Assembly (NCBI RefSeq): GCF_006345805.1
Contig: NC_043001.1
Span: forward strand, 19,530,001 to 19,594,000
Reading direction: 5' to 3'
Origin: Octopus sinensis
Lineage: Eukaryota
DNA length: 64,000 bases
The translations under genes and the position numbers were made by a program. The notes under the pieces were generated by a model that was given only the letters and a program-made list of their open reading frames with translations, made no database searches and was not told the DNA's origin. Each line of letters begins with the position of its first letter. Positions within the stretch are counted from its first letter, which is position 1. Below, piece by piece: positions 35,313-48,309 of this stretch.

Positions 35313-37039
35313 ATCTGTTCACCCTGACGTGTGAGCAACTTCTGATGTGTCAGCCCGCCGTCTGATGGACTTCTTCGATACGTGGGGTAGCTGTCTTTCG
35401 GGATGATGGCTGGATGCTGGAACGGCTTCGAGAAATCCTTTGTACAATGTGCTCCATCCTTACCAACTTCCACACACAGGGACTTGATTTGTTAGTAGAA
35501 CCACAGGGACCGTGTATATTGTGCGCCATTACGGCCTTGAATAACTGAGGACTCTTATTTTTATCAGGAATTTCTGCACTAGCTACTTTGTCGATGACTT
35601 CTGGCACGGCAGGCTTGTATTGAGGAGCCATTATAAGCAGTATATGCGCATGTGTTAGTCCACGTTTCTGCCATTCAGTGGTGGGTGTGTGGGTGATAAC
35701 TTTCCCCAATACATGTTTTTTCAGAAGATCGTCAAGAAGGGCATCGAGCTTCATTTTAAACACTCTAGCTAAAATGTCGGAACGGTCCTCAGGAAATAAC
35801 GTACTCTGAATCTCTGGCCACTTTGGATTTGTCGTGAAAGCAATAAAGTAGTTGGGCTTTCCCATGGCACTTTGAAAGGCTTCATTGTAAAATCTTGGAC
35901 TCCCTTTGATGGTCGGTGGGAGAATGATTCTTCTCCCAGGTGTCACTGAATCATTTTGATGTATGTCATCAAGCAATCCTGAATACTCTTCTGCTTTTAT
36001 CGTAGTTTGATTTCGTTCAACCCACTGAAGCCTGCTTCGTTCAACTTTCGCCCATTGATCTGCTGCATATTGCTGCAAGAGCCTTCTGCTTTGCATTACA
36101 TGGTTATCCGAATTTATTCTCACTTGAAGCTGATAAGCATAGAAATCTATTGCTGTCAATGTCTGTCCATTTGATTTTCTTCAAATTCAGCTGCCAGCCA
36201 CCAGTTCCTTCTGGAAACAACAGGACATACTGTAGCGGATCATAAGACCGATGAAGTGAGTTAATACATTTGTACGGTGTATTCTGACAGTGGAGGATGA
36301 CATCCAAAGGATCTTTAATATCACCAGGAACCAACGCAGCAACTTCGGAATTCGTGGGTAGGTTATATTGTCTACAATGTTCATTGGACGGTTTTGATTT
36401 TTTTATCGTGATGTAAAATGATGTAGTTGAATTAGGTACTTAGACTGAGGCACCTTGCTAGTTCGGTATAATCTGCACACCCCAACAATATTATCTGACT
36501 ATTGAATATCAAGATTCCGTATAGGGGTATTTGTACCCAATATTCCTGTCGTGTGTGTAGACAACGCAACCCAGCTAAGTAAAAAATATCCGATCTTGGT
36601 AATTCAGACATGTGCTTTTATAAAGGTACTTTCTATAGTATTTCCGAAGAGCAGATCTCAAGTTAGGTGAACAGAATATAAATAAGTAACAAAGATGTAC
36701 ATGTATCAATTTATTACGGCCGTTTCAAGTGGCTCCATTTAATTGATTAATGAAAACATTGCATCAATTTGAAAGAAACCGTTCTCGTCAGGTGAACGCA
36801 TAGACTTCAAACACAAAGGATAAACCATTTTTTAACAAATTTACATCAATAATGGAAACCAAAATATTTACATTGTTTCCTTTTGCTATAACTGTGGCAG
36901 AATGAGTTTAGAAAATAATACATACCTTGTTAAGCCTACTATAATTTAGAGAGTAGCAGAGGGAATAGTGGGGAGGGGGAGGATCAAGATTAAAAAAGTG
37001 GTGACGTAGTTACTTGTATTTAGAAAACTTTATGTAGTA

Positions 37040-37418
37040 CTAGCAGTATCGCCCGGCGTTGCTCGGGTTTGTAAGGGAAATAACTATAAAGCACTTTTAG
37101 AGAGTTATAGCCAAAAAATAGCAAAAAAATTATTAAAAATGGAAAAAAAATGATGGTAAATTTTTTTTTAAATCGTTGACTCATCGTAGACATTTTTAGA
37201 GAGTTACTTCCCTTATATAATAGCGAAAAAATGCATTAGAATGGGAAAAAATGATGGTAAATTATTTTTTAAATCGTAGACGCGCGCTAATACCCAGAAG
37301 GGCTCGATCACGACTATAAGATACCTGGTTTTGGTTAAACTGCACCGCAAAATGTGGGAGTAGTTAGGAATCTAAATCGTTGGAGACAGACACACAACCT
37401 CTCTTTTATATATAAAGA
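37040..37418 (-). mobile_element. Non-autonomous Helitron
   Basis: A|TCTTTATATATAAAAGAG start; CCCGAGCAACGCCGGG...CTAG|T end. Confidence 0.85.
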
Positions 37419-37880
37419 TGTAGTCTTCAACCATTTAGAATTAAATCCATTGGGAGTTGTCAACGGTATTCTAGTTAATGGTGATAAATCAGTTAATGTC
37501 AGATAATCTACTTGATTCTCAATGTACTAGAACAATATATCTAGCTTTCTCTACATAAAAGGGTAGATTGCAAGGTTGGTAGCAAGAAAATTTCTGATGA
37601 GGAAGTGGTGGTAACTGGAAGAAAGAAGGATAGGGGTGGCCAATACTTATTTGGGTTATCAAATAAAGGGGAATATAATGAATAGCCAAAAGAGATAAGT
37701 AATATAAACTTTGTGGGGTAGGAATTAGAATTGAAGGATACGGGAGGGTGTAATTTGTAACTTAGCAAATTTATAATATTAAACTGAGAAAATTTAAATC
37801 AGTATATAGAATAAGGATAGAAATGAAACTTAAAACCTAATAATGGGATACCTTAACACATAAAAAAATTATTAATAATA

Positions 37881-37918
37881 CTAGCCGAAAGACCGCCCTC
37901 CGGGTGGTTTTCAGCTAG
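37881..37918 (-). other. Helitron-type 3' end hairpin bracketed by CTAG
   Basis: CTAGCCGAAAGACCGCCC TCC GGGTGGTTTTCAGCTAG is a near-perfect stem. On the minus strand it ends CTAG|T. The matching 5' end was not found. Confidence 0.55.
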
Positions 37919-38477
37919 CCCCTTGATAATATTTTCACATTTTATTCCCAGTTCTAATGATTTTTATATTTTACGTCTAATTATTTCTTTGTATAATAAT
38001 TCTCACTTGCTTAGTAAGTATTGCTTTCACTGATGTGGCTTCAGACTATATAGGGATTTATGAGAAGGAATTTTTCCGAGGGGATGGATAGAGGAGTTTT
38101 GGATAATTCCCACGATTTGACTTTTTTCCCTCATAACTTCAGGAAAATGGGTATCTTTCAATGAAAATATATACAAATCCTTTTCAAACGGCATACATTA
38201 TGATTATAAAGAAATTTGTGGGGACAATTTTTCCAGGGGATTTCCTAATTTTTTTTAACCACAGCCTTCGAAATGATGGTGGGGACATCTTTGTATGAAA
38301 AAAGTTTTGTAAACTCATTTTTTTCACCCCACTCTTTCATCATCCCACTCCGGACCCATAGTTTTATTTTCATTTATTTATTTATTCATTTGTAAAAATG
38401 TGAATAGTTTTTCCTTCAGTACTAATAAGGCTTCAGAGGAATTTAAAGAAGAATTTAAAAAAATTTTTTTCTTGAAG

Positions 38478-38680
38478 TTTTTTCTGATGAACTAGGTCTT
38501 TGCACCAAAAACAAAGGCGAAGTTTCAGGTAAAAGAAAATTCTATACCAGTATTTAAACCAAACAGGACTGTACCTTTCACAGCACTGAAACAAGTTAAC
38601 GAAGACTTGAAAAGCTTCGAGAATTGAAACACTTGATTACACACTGAATGGGCAAATAGACTACACCCCATCTGACAGCT
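38478..38680 (+). mobile_element. Gypsy LTR-retrotransposon RT N-terminal remnant
   Basis: VFSDELGLCTKT..AKFQVKENSIPVFKPNRTVPFTALKQVNEDL...EWA, with a frameshift and stops. Confidence 0.6.
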
Positions 38681-38934
38681 GTTTCTGCTTCCAATGCTGT
38701 ATGGTATTGCCATTGATATGCTAAAAATATTTATCATATTTGGTAATAAGACCGACCTGAAGCATGGAGCTTCATCAGAGTGAAGAATAAATAAAAAAAA
38801 AAAGAAGAGGCAAGAGAAGAAAAAGGAAATGTTGAATATGGTTGTAATTATACCATTTTGCTTGTGCATCTCTTTGGGACGTTAAGTAAATGACTAAACT
38901 TAAAATAGTATTTGGTAGATTAATCCTTTGTCGA

Positions 38935-41353
38935 TGGGGGATAGGGTGGATAAATACTAAAAAAAAATTTTAAATAATAGTAGGCACGCCAAGGGGATAG
39001 GATGGATAAATACTAAAAAAAATTTTTTTTAATAATATTAGTATACGCCAGGGGGATACGATGGATAAATACTAAAAAATTTTTTTAATAATAGTAGGAT
39101 ACGCCAGGGGGATACGATGGATAAATACTAAAAAAAAATTTTAATGATAGTAGGATACGCCAGGGGGATACGATGGATAAATACTAAAAAATTTTTTTAA
39201 TAATAGTAGGATACGCCAGGGGGATACGATGGATAAATACTAAAAAAAAATTTTAATGATAGTAGGATACGCCAGGGGGATACGATGGATAAATACTAAA
39301 AAAAAATTTAAATGATAGTAGGATACGCCAGGGGGATACGATGGATAAATACTAAAAAAAATTTTAATTATAGTAGGATACGCCGGGGGATACGATGGAT
39401 AAATACTAAAAAAAAATTTAAATGATAGTAGGATACGCCAGGGGGATACGATGGATAAATACTAAAAACAAAATTTTAATGATAGTAGGATACGCCAGGG
39501 GGATACGATGGATAAATACTAAAAAAAATTTTTTAATAATAGTAGGATACGCCAGGGGGATACGATGGATAAATACTAAAAAAAAAATTAAAATGATAGT
39601 AGGATACGCCAGGGGGATACGATGGATAAATACTAAAAAAATTTTTTTAATAATAGTAGGATACGCCAGGGGGATACGATGGATAAATACTAAAAAAAAA
39701 TTTTAATGATAGTAGGATACGCCAGGGGGATACGATGGATAAATACTAAAAAAAAAATTTTAATGATAGTAGGATACGCCAGGGGGATACGATGGATAAA
39801 TACTAAAAAAAAATGTTAATGATAGTAGGATACGCCAGGGGGATACGATGGATAAATACTAAAAAAAAAATTTTAATGATAGTAGGATACGCCAGGGGGA
39901 TACGATGGATAAATACTAAAAAAAAAATTTAAATGATAGTAGGATACGCCAGGGGGATACGATGGATAAATACTAAAAAAAAATTTTAATGATAGTAGGA
40001 TACGCCAGGGGGATACGATGGATAAATACTAAAAAAAAAATTTAATGATAGTAGGATACGCCAGGGGGATACGATGGATAAATACTAAAAAAAATTTTTT
40101 AATAATAGTAGGATACGCCAGGGGGATACGATGGATAAATACTAAAAAAAAATTTAAATGATAGTAGGATACGCCAGGGGGATACGATGGATAAATACTA
40201 AAACAATTTTTTTAATAATAGTAGGATACGCCAGGGGGATACGATGGATAAATACTAAAAAAAAAATTTAAATGATAGTAGGATACGCCAGGGGGATACG
40301 ATGGATAAATACTAAAAAAAAATTTAAATGATAGTAGGATACGCCAGGGGGATACGATGGATAAATACTAAAAAAAAATTTTAATGATAGTAGGATACGC
40401 CAGGGGGATACGATGGATAAATACTAAAAAAAATTGTAATGATAGTAGGATACGCCAGGGGGATACGATGGATAAATACTAAAAAAAAAATTTAAATGAT
40501 AGTAGGATACGCCAGGGGGATACGATGGATAAATACTAAAAAAAAATTTTAATTATAGTAGGATACGCCAGGGGGATACGATGGATAAAATAAAAAAAAA
40601 AATTTAAATAATAGTAGGATACGCCAGGGGATACGATGGATAAATACTAAAAAAATTTTTTAATAATAGTAGGATACGCCAGGGGGATACGATGGATAAA
40701 TACTAAAAAAAATTTTAATGATAGTAGGATACGCCAGGGGGATACGATGGATAAATACTAAAAAAAAATTTAATGATAGTAGGATACGCCAGGGGGATAC
40801 GATGGATAAATACTAAAAAAAAATTTTAATGATAGTAGGATACGCCAGGGGGATACGATGGATAAATACTAAAAAAAAATTTTAATGATAGTAGGATACG
40901 CCAGGGGATACGATGGATAAATACCAAAAAGAAAAATTTAAATGATAGTAGGATACGCCAGGGGGATACGATGGATAAATACTAAAAAAAAATTTTAATG
41001 ATAGTAGGATACGCCAGGGGGATACGATGGATAAATACTAAAAAAAAAATTTAATGATAGTAGGATACGCCAGGGCGATACGATGGATAAATACTAAAAA
41101 AAAAATTTAAATGATAGTAGGATACGCCAGGGGGATACGATGGATAAATACTAAAAAAATATTTTAATGATAGTAGGATACGCCAGGGGGATACGATGGA
41201 TAAATACTAAAAAAAAATTTTAATGATAGTAGGATACGCCAGGGGGATACGATGGATAAATACTAAAAAAAAATTTAATGATAGTAGGATACGCCAGGGG
41301 GATACGATGGATAAATACTAAAAAAAAATTTAAATGATAGTAGGATACGCCAA
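38935..41353. repeat. Satellite/minisatellite array, ~56-59-bp unit, roughly 42 copies
   Basis: Unit ATAGTAGGATACGCCAGGGGGATACGATGGATAAATACT(A)n(T)nAATG. The core is almost invariant and the A/T tract length varies. Left-most units are degenerate. Confidence 0.97.
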
Positions 41354-41799
41354 TAGGTATTTAAAAATATTAAGCTTCCGAGGGAAGTAAATCTCTAAAA
41401 GGGAGATACGGTGTGGGGAAAAAAAGTATTCACTTCCAACGAAGAAGGGGTGAAGATACAATAAGGTTTTTAATTAATCATAATAATTTTAATAATTATG
41501 TTAATAGTATTAATTAATAGTATTTATCATAACAAAGTGCTAATCGATTAAATATAATTTTTTATTTACTAGTAGGTGGTTAAGCGCTTTTACTTGTGGT
41601 CCGAAGTGAGATAGGCCAAGGTCCAACGTTCGATATAATTGGTCAGCTGAAATTTAAAAACAAAAGAACAGCTATTGAGATCGTTATACGGGGTAAGATG
41701 AAGAAATAAATAAATGAATGGGAAAATGGTGTATGTTGTAAGGGGCCCGAAAACTCTTAGGACAGTATATACTAGATTTTAAAAACAAATGTTATGGAA

Positions 41800-42082
41800 T
41801 CTCTATGGTCATTCAAAACCGTCCAAGGGTGGTCATGCACATCTTTACATTTCCCCAGTCACCCCGCAAAGCCATTAAAAAATCAATAGAATTGACTTTT
41901 TTGTGAATTTTCTATCCAAAACCCAATCAAAATGCCCGAAACTTGATACGCCAATTGAATGCCAGCTAGCTGTATGTGATTGGTCGGAGATTTGGACAGT
42001 ACTCGCGTGCATGTGCGCACGCATGCAGCTGTATATGCATGCACTAGCACTATGGCCTGGCGTTGTCGGGTGATAGTGCTAG
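41800..42082 (+). mobile_element. Non-autonomous Helitron (5'-truncated), same family as 26584-26949
   Basis: Matching body; ends CTAGCACTAT...ATAGTGCTAG|T. Confidence 0.8.
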
Positions 42083-42560
42083 TAAATATTAAGAGAGGAA
42101 CCTATTTGGAGATTTAGGAAATAAGACTGTGATGGGGTGAAAATGGTCCAAAAGATTTTTAAAATAGGAATGTGAAATTAGTAAAAAATAATGAAAAGAA
42201 TTTATTCCGTTGGAAAATTAGGGAAATATTTATGGGTAAGTGGAGGTAATAACTAGGGTAAGTGGCCTAAATTGGAGACTGCTGCTCTACCATTCAGTGC
42301 ACCTAATCAGTAAGCAGACTAGCCCATCAGACAGCTAATTTCACAGCTAATTGGCTAAACAGTCTATAAATCAGTCAGCCTAGTGGTCAATTAACTAAGT
42401 AAAAGTAAATGTCCATAATTAAATTAATGATTACACTTTAACGTTAAAAATTAAAAATCAAAATACTTGTGAATTATTTTTACAGATGCAAGCTCTTACT
42501 GCAATTTGCTTATGCATTCATACACAGAAAGAAAATTTAACATACATATACATGTATATG

Positions 42561-42870
42561 CGCAGGAGTGGCTGTGTGGTAAGTAGCTTGCTTACCAACC
42601 ACATGGTTCCGGGTTCAGTCCCACTGCGTGGCACCTTGGGCAAGTGTCTTCTACTATAGCCTCTATATATGTGTGTGTGTGTGTATGTTTGTGTGTCTGT
42701 GTTTGACAACCGATGCTGGTGTGTTTATGTCCCCGTCACTTAGCGGTTCGGCAAAAGAGACCGATAGAATAAGTACTGGGCTTACAAAGAATAAGTCTTG
42801 GGGTCGAGTTGCTCGACTAAAGGCGGTGCTCCAGCATGGCCGCAGTCAACTGACTGAAACAAGTAAAAGT
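42561..42870 (+). mobile_element. SINE family C (internally deleted)
   Basis: Head and tail match the other family C copies. Confidence 0.82.
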
Positions 42871-43036
42871 GTATGCGTATAGACACATATAAAAATATAT
42901 ATGTATACACATATACACCTTTGTATACCCACACACAACATCCATACATTCAAGTACGCATGCGCCTATATACCCAATCAATTTTAATATATATTATATT
43001 GTTTATGTTAACCCATACATGGGTACATACATATGT

Positions 43037-43714
43037 AGGGAGGTCATCGCTCCCATCTCTATCCTCACGTGATACACATAGACCCGAGTTTCTGGGTAGT
43101 TACCTGTCTCCAGTGAGTGTTAATCACTGGCTAGTGATGAAGAACTCATTCCACTCACAAAATACTATATCCTTTTTCTAGCAACACATTTTCGATGATT
43201 TCGTAAAAAGAGGGATAAGTTATATTAAATCTCTGAGCGAGAGATAAACAGTAACAGTACGGAATCATAAAATATATTTGCCAACTAAATGTGGCGGTCC
43301 TATAGAGGACGATGTCACTGTTGATTTTAGCCCCAGGAAGACATCTCCTCCAGCTGGCCAACGACACACAGTCTGTGTCAGATTAGTATTTGCGAGGGAG
43401 GTCATCGTTCCCATCTCTAGCCTTACGTGATACACACAGACCCGGGTTTCTGCTTAGTCTTTAGCGTCTGTTAATCGCCAGCTAGCGATGAAGAACTCAT
43501 TCTACTCGCAAAATACTATATCCTTCTTCTAGCGACACACTGTCGCTGATCTCGTGTGTGACCAGCTGGAAGAGATGTCTTCCTGGGGCTAAAACCAACA
43601 GTAACATCGTCCTCTATAGGACCGCCACATTTAGTTGGCAAATATATTTTACGATTCCGTGACTGTTACTGTTTATCCCTCGCTCAGAGATTTAATATAA
43701 TTTATCACTCTTTA
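43037..43714. repeat. Fold-back structure A-B-A'-B(inverted)
   Basis: A ~43037-43200 is repeated directly at ~43395-43553; B ~43206-43360 is inverted at ~43561-43714. Confidence 0.88.
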
Positions 43715-43724
43715 TATATATATG

Positions 43725-43880
<156 letters not shown>

Positions 43881-43881
43881 G

Positions 43882-43962
<81 letters not shown>

Positions 43963-44743
43963 GAGAGAGAGAGAGAGAGAGCAGTAAGCAATTTTTTCCA
44001 CCTTGACTGTTACACTGTCTCTTACAGAGTTTGAACTATTTAACTGTAACATAACCTGTTGTGTGTGTGTGTGTTTGTGTCGTCAGTGTATCATATTATT
44101 CGAAAAAGAAGCACACCCTCAAACATAGAGCCGTAATGTATTTCAATGCAGTTAAGTATATGTCCAATCGATGAATGGGGGACTCCCATGCTTGCGGCAG
44201 GTAGCGTTTGAAATGGATGCAGGGGCTTTAGATTTCGTGCCGGGAAGATAAAAATAATTCTGGTTCCAGGGAGTCTTTGAGAATCCTTGCGTCCGCCCCC
44301 GTTTAATATAGGATCCCGGCCGTAATTTATAGCTCCTGCATACATTTCAAACGCTACATGCTACAAGTATGGGATTCGAAAAGGTCCTTACAAGCTACAA
44401 ACAACCTTAAGAGCGAAGTTCACCCTTCGCCTTTTTTTTTTTTTGGCTCATGGATTGGTCTAAGGGAAGTAACCCATCCTCGCCGACCCCGAGTTGTATA
44501 CTCTGTTTACTTTCTAACTGACCATAACGGATTTCTACCTCCGAAGTTTGAAGAACTATATGTCCTCCGCTATTACAGTCTGACGGGTCGCCCAAACCCT
44601 TTATGGATAAAGTCTATCGCGTGTGGTGAGTGGATCTTCAAGTTTCCACACGCATTCTTAGTAGCTTAGAGTAGGCTCGAATTAGAGATTATTCTTTGTG
44701 GCTAATGACGTGAGTCCTGAGAAGAAGAAGAAGAAGAAGATAA

Positions 44744-44799
<56 letters not shown>

Positions 44800-44872
44800 A
44801 GATGAAGTTCAAGGACCCGAGACATTGGCTTCTTCACTGTTGATGGCAATTAAACTTATACGTTAACACGCA

Positions 44873-45104
44873 AGGAGGCAAGCTGGCAGAAATGTTAGCA
44901 CGCCGGGCGAAAAGCTTTGCGGTATTTCGTCTGCCGCTACGTTCTGAGTTCAAATTCCGCCGAGGTCAACTTTGCCTTTCATCCTTTCGGGGTCGATTAA
45001 ATAAGTACCAGTTACGCACTGGGATCGATCTAATCGACTTAATCCGTTTGTCTGTCCTTGTTTGTCCCCTCTGTGTTTAGCCCCTTGTGGGTAGTAAAGA
45101 AATA
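44873..45104 (+). mobile_element. SINE family A
   Basis: Direct repeat GGCAATTAAACTTAT at ~44845 and 45105. Confidence 0.88.
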
Positions 45105-45502
45105 GGCAATTAAACTTATCTAACACTTCTCACAACCATCCTATAGACTAACTGTTGCTTACACTAATTATCGTCAGTTTCCTCGGATTCGGGATGTTAT
45201 CCAGTTAGTGCCATTGGATAGTGTTATCCAATATAGCGCCATTTAATGTGGAACTGTATTGTGCCCTCTACTTACTACTCCACCCCCTCGATCCTTAACG
45301 TCTATAAAATTAATTTATATCAATTATTCACAGGCCCAATTCTCACAAAGGGACACTGGATTTGGTCTGATAGGAAGACAAGACATGGTGCAGTAGTGAA
45401 CCTAATCCTAAGTTTTGCCTATTCTTTCAACTTGCCACTCTATGAGTAACGAGGGAAAATTTCTATCCGGTCGTTCGATCTACTAGAAATGCTAGTCAAA
45501 AG

Positions 45503-45728
45503 ACGGCGAGCTGGCAGAAACGATAACACGCCAGGCGAAATGCGCAGCCGTATTTCGTCTGCCACTCTGAGTTCAAATTCTGCCAAGGTCGACTTTGCCT
45601 TTCATCCTTTCGGGATCGATTAAATAAGTACCAGTTACGCACTGGGGTCGATCTAATCGACTTAATCCGTTTGTCTGTCCTTGCTTGTCCACTCTATGTT
45701 CAGCCCCTTGTGAGTAGTAAAGAAATAA
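45503..45728 (+). mobile_element. SINE family A
   Basis: Matches the family consensus seen in this window. Confidence 0.85.
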
Positions 45729-46171
45729 GAAAAGGTAGTCAAAATCCTTCAAATCAAACCTTTAAGGAAGAATACCTCCGATAGTGTGGACCAGTTGTTC
45801 TCAACCCCGGTCCATCTGACTCCTGGGGGTCCACATAAGAATTTGTTGTTAAAATTGATTACACTTCTGCAACACACAAAATACTTAAACATTTTTTATA
45901 CAATTTCTAATGATATTTAATTATAAAAATATAATAATTTTTAAACATCGAATGGTTATGAAAGTCTTAAGTAAAATAGAAATCAAAGGGTTCCATAGGA
46001 AAAAAAAATAGTTGAGAAAAAGTGGTGTAGATTATGTGAACCTAAGATGATGGGTTGGTCTCCGCTGGAATACTTTTGATCACAGATCTGATGCGCAACA
46101 ACAGAAGCACAAGCAACAGTAGCGGCAAGGAAAAGAAGGAGAAGCAACAGCATTAGTACCAACATCAACTA

Positions 46172-46407
46172 TATATTTCTTTACTACCCACAAGGGGCTA
46201 AACACAGAGGGGACAAACAAAGACAGACGAAGGGATCAAGTCGATTACATCGACCCCAGTGCGTAACTGGTACTTAATTTATCGACCTCGAAAGGATGAA
46301 AGGCAAAATCGACCTCGGCGGAATTTGAACTCGGAACGTAACGACAGACGAAATACGTCTACGCATTTCGCCCGGCGTGCTAACGATTCTGCCAGCTCGC
46401 CGCCTTC
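46172..46407 (-). mobile_element. SINE family A
   Basis: Full-length reverse copy. Confidence 0.85.
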
Positions 46408-46474
46408 GCCAGCATCAACAATAGCGACAGCAACACCATAAACCGCAGCAGAGACTGTTGAAACAGCAACAGCA

Positions 46475-46858
46475 GTGGAGGCGCAATGGCCCAGTGGGTA
46501 GAGCAGCGGACTCGTGGTCGGAGGATCGCGGTTTCGATTCCCAGACTGGGCGTTGTGTGTGTTTATTGAGCGAAAACACCTAAAGCCCCACGAGGCTCCG
46601 GCAGGGGATGGTGGCGACCCCTCTTATACTCTTTCGCTCCAACTTTCTCTCACTCTTTCTTCCTGTTTCTTGTCCCCCGACTTCCTACGCAACCGCTGAG
46701 CCTGGATGCGCATTCATCCATCCGTCGATGTTCTCGGTGTCGGGGGTTGACCTGCTTTCTCTTCTGCGGGTCTTACGAATAGCAAAGGACCACGTTTCGG
46801 ACTTCTCCCACTACAGAGGCGCGATCTTGCGAGCTCTGGGACGAAGACCGCTTCGCTC
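46475..46858 (+). mobile_element. SINE family B variant inserted in a (CAACAG)-like repeat
   Basis: tRNA-like head; AACAGCAACAGCA on both flanks. Confidence 0.8.
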
Positions 46859-47356
46859 AACAGCAACAGCAACAGCAGGGGCACCGACAACATCTTTGAT
46901 CAGGACTGATTTGAAATTAAACAACACCAAAGGATGGTATTGTATCTTGAATAAGTATCTGGAAGATTAGTTCATGGAGTCGATTCCTTTACAAAAGAAT
47001 GATAATTCCAAAGTAATCCGAGTTAAGTCAGTATCAATGCAGTAATTAATATCCATATCCATGTAAGATACAAATAGAAAAAAAAAGTCAGTGGGGAACA
47101 AAAAGACACAAAATCAACGAACAGGAATACTAAGTCAATGTAATTGCGCTGTGTGGAATTGATGTATCAAAAGGAAAGAAAGGAGAAGGGAAAGCAAAAT
47201 ATGGGAAAATATGACGTTTCATCAAAATAGAACACGAACCAGTGGAGTAAAGGAGGTGGTTTTGAAATAAGAGTGTAGTGGGAGCACTAAATGGAATGAA
47301 GGGAAGTTAGTGTAAAGATGCGTGATGAATTAGCAGCGAAGTGTAGTAGGAGATTG

Positions 47357-47661
47357 TTGTTTGTTCCTTCTCAAGCCATGCCTGGCTCATAAGGACCGGT
47401 TTCCCGGTTTCCTTGGCGTATAGGTTCCCCACCTGGACAGGATGCCGGTCCGTCGCAGGCGAGCTGCTAGATGCAGAAGGAAAGAGTGAGAGAAAGTTGT
47501 GGCAAAAGAGTCAGCAGAAGTTTCGCCATTACCTTCTGCCGGAGCCGCGTGGAGCTTAGATGTTTCGCTCATAAACACACACATCGCCCGGTCTGAGATT
47601 CGAATCCGCCATCCCTCGACCGCGAGTCCGCTGCTCTAACCACTAGGCCATGTGCCTCCAC
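47357..47661 (-). mobile_element. SINE family B
   Basis: Matches 3024-3330. Confidence 0.85.
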
Positions 47662-47954
47662 GTAGTTGGAGATTAGAGGGTTATTAATACCGGTAAGGTT
47701 AGTTATGTTTAAAACTAATTGTTGCTCCTGAAAATTTAGCTGCAACTCTAAAAAGACTGCGTGGGTTTAACAACTGGTCACCCGAAGACACCCACGAACG
47801 CAGAAGTAAAAAGAGTTCTCCACCATGTATAGCAGGATATCCTTTGACGATACATATCAATTGAATTTCATGAATGCGCCAATGTGGTCGTGGACAAGCA
47901 GTACAGGGCCATGATCACATCTAGACAGTACTTACTTGTACTTGTGGCGACATT

Positions 47955-48306
47955 CACCCTGGGCGGGTTGAGTCGGCATAAGCGGAAAATGTAACCTCTC
48001 GAAAGAGCTGTTCTTCACTCCTGCTCCAGCGCGTCGGCTGCGGGGTCATTCTGAAAAGCTCTATCTGCGACGATTTCATCTCAATCGAAGGAGAGGGGTT
48101 TTCTCCGTCCGGGTTGCGGATCCGTGGAATAAGCTGCCGGACGAGATAGTGAAGATGCTGACGACCGCTCGGTTCAAAGTCTCCCTTGACCACAAGTGGC
48201 CTGAACTCTTTACATGAACACCCTCCCTGTACATAATTCCATGTCCCCCTACATGGCCTTGCTTTTTGCTTTTTGAGCCAAAAAATTAACTTAACTTAAC
48301 TTAACT
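47955..48306 (+). mobile_element. CR1-group LINE 3' fragment with (CTTAA)n tail
   Basis: LRGHSEKLYLRRFHLNRRRGVFSVRVADPWNKLPDEIVKMLTTARFKVSLD, followed by a short 3' UTR and TTAAC repeats. Confidence 0.8.
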
Positions 48307-48309
48307 ATC

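Larger units (their letters stand above)
31782..36900 (-). mobile_element. Decayed autonomous Helitron (Rep HUH endonuclease plus Pif1-family helicase pseudogene)
   Basis: Rep motifs FIAFTTNPKWPEI, EWQKRGLTHAHILL and VKY*YKY; helicase SGGTGKT, ADE, GDWKQILPVV, PIMLLRNL, NG.CNG, RKQFPIKLAFS.TANKS*GQTL, HGQL, NIVYKEIL* (stop at 32170). Candidate 3' end CACCCGTCGTAGGCGTG...CTAG|T at 31782. Many stops and frameshifts; the 5' end was not located. Confidence 0.92.

Noticed and set aside
32170-36400. Host PIF1 helicase gene or active Helitron
   Set aside because: It is linked to Rep HUH motifs and a Helitron end, and is disrupted by many stops, frameshifts, deletions and a LINE insertion.
38935-41353. 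CRISPR-like appearance (constant repeat plus variable segment)
   Set aside because: The variable part is only an A/T homopolymer linker, not unique spacers; there are no cas genes and the context is eukaryotic. The 94-aa ORF at 39422 is a by-product of the repeat.
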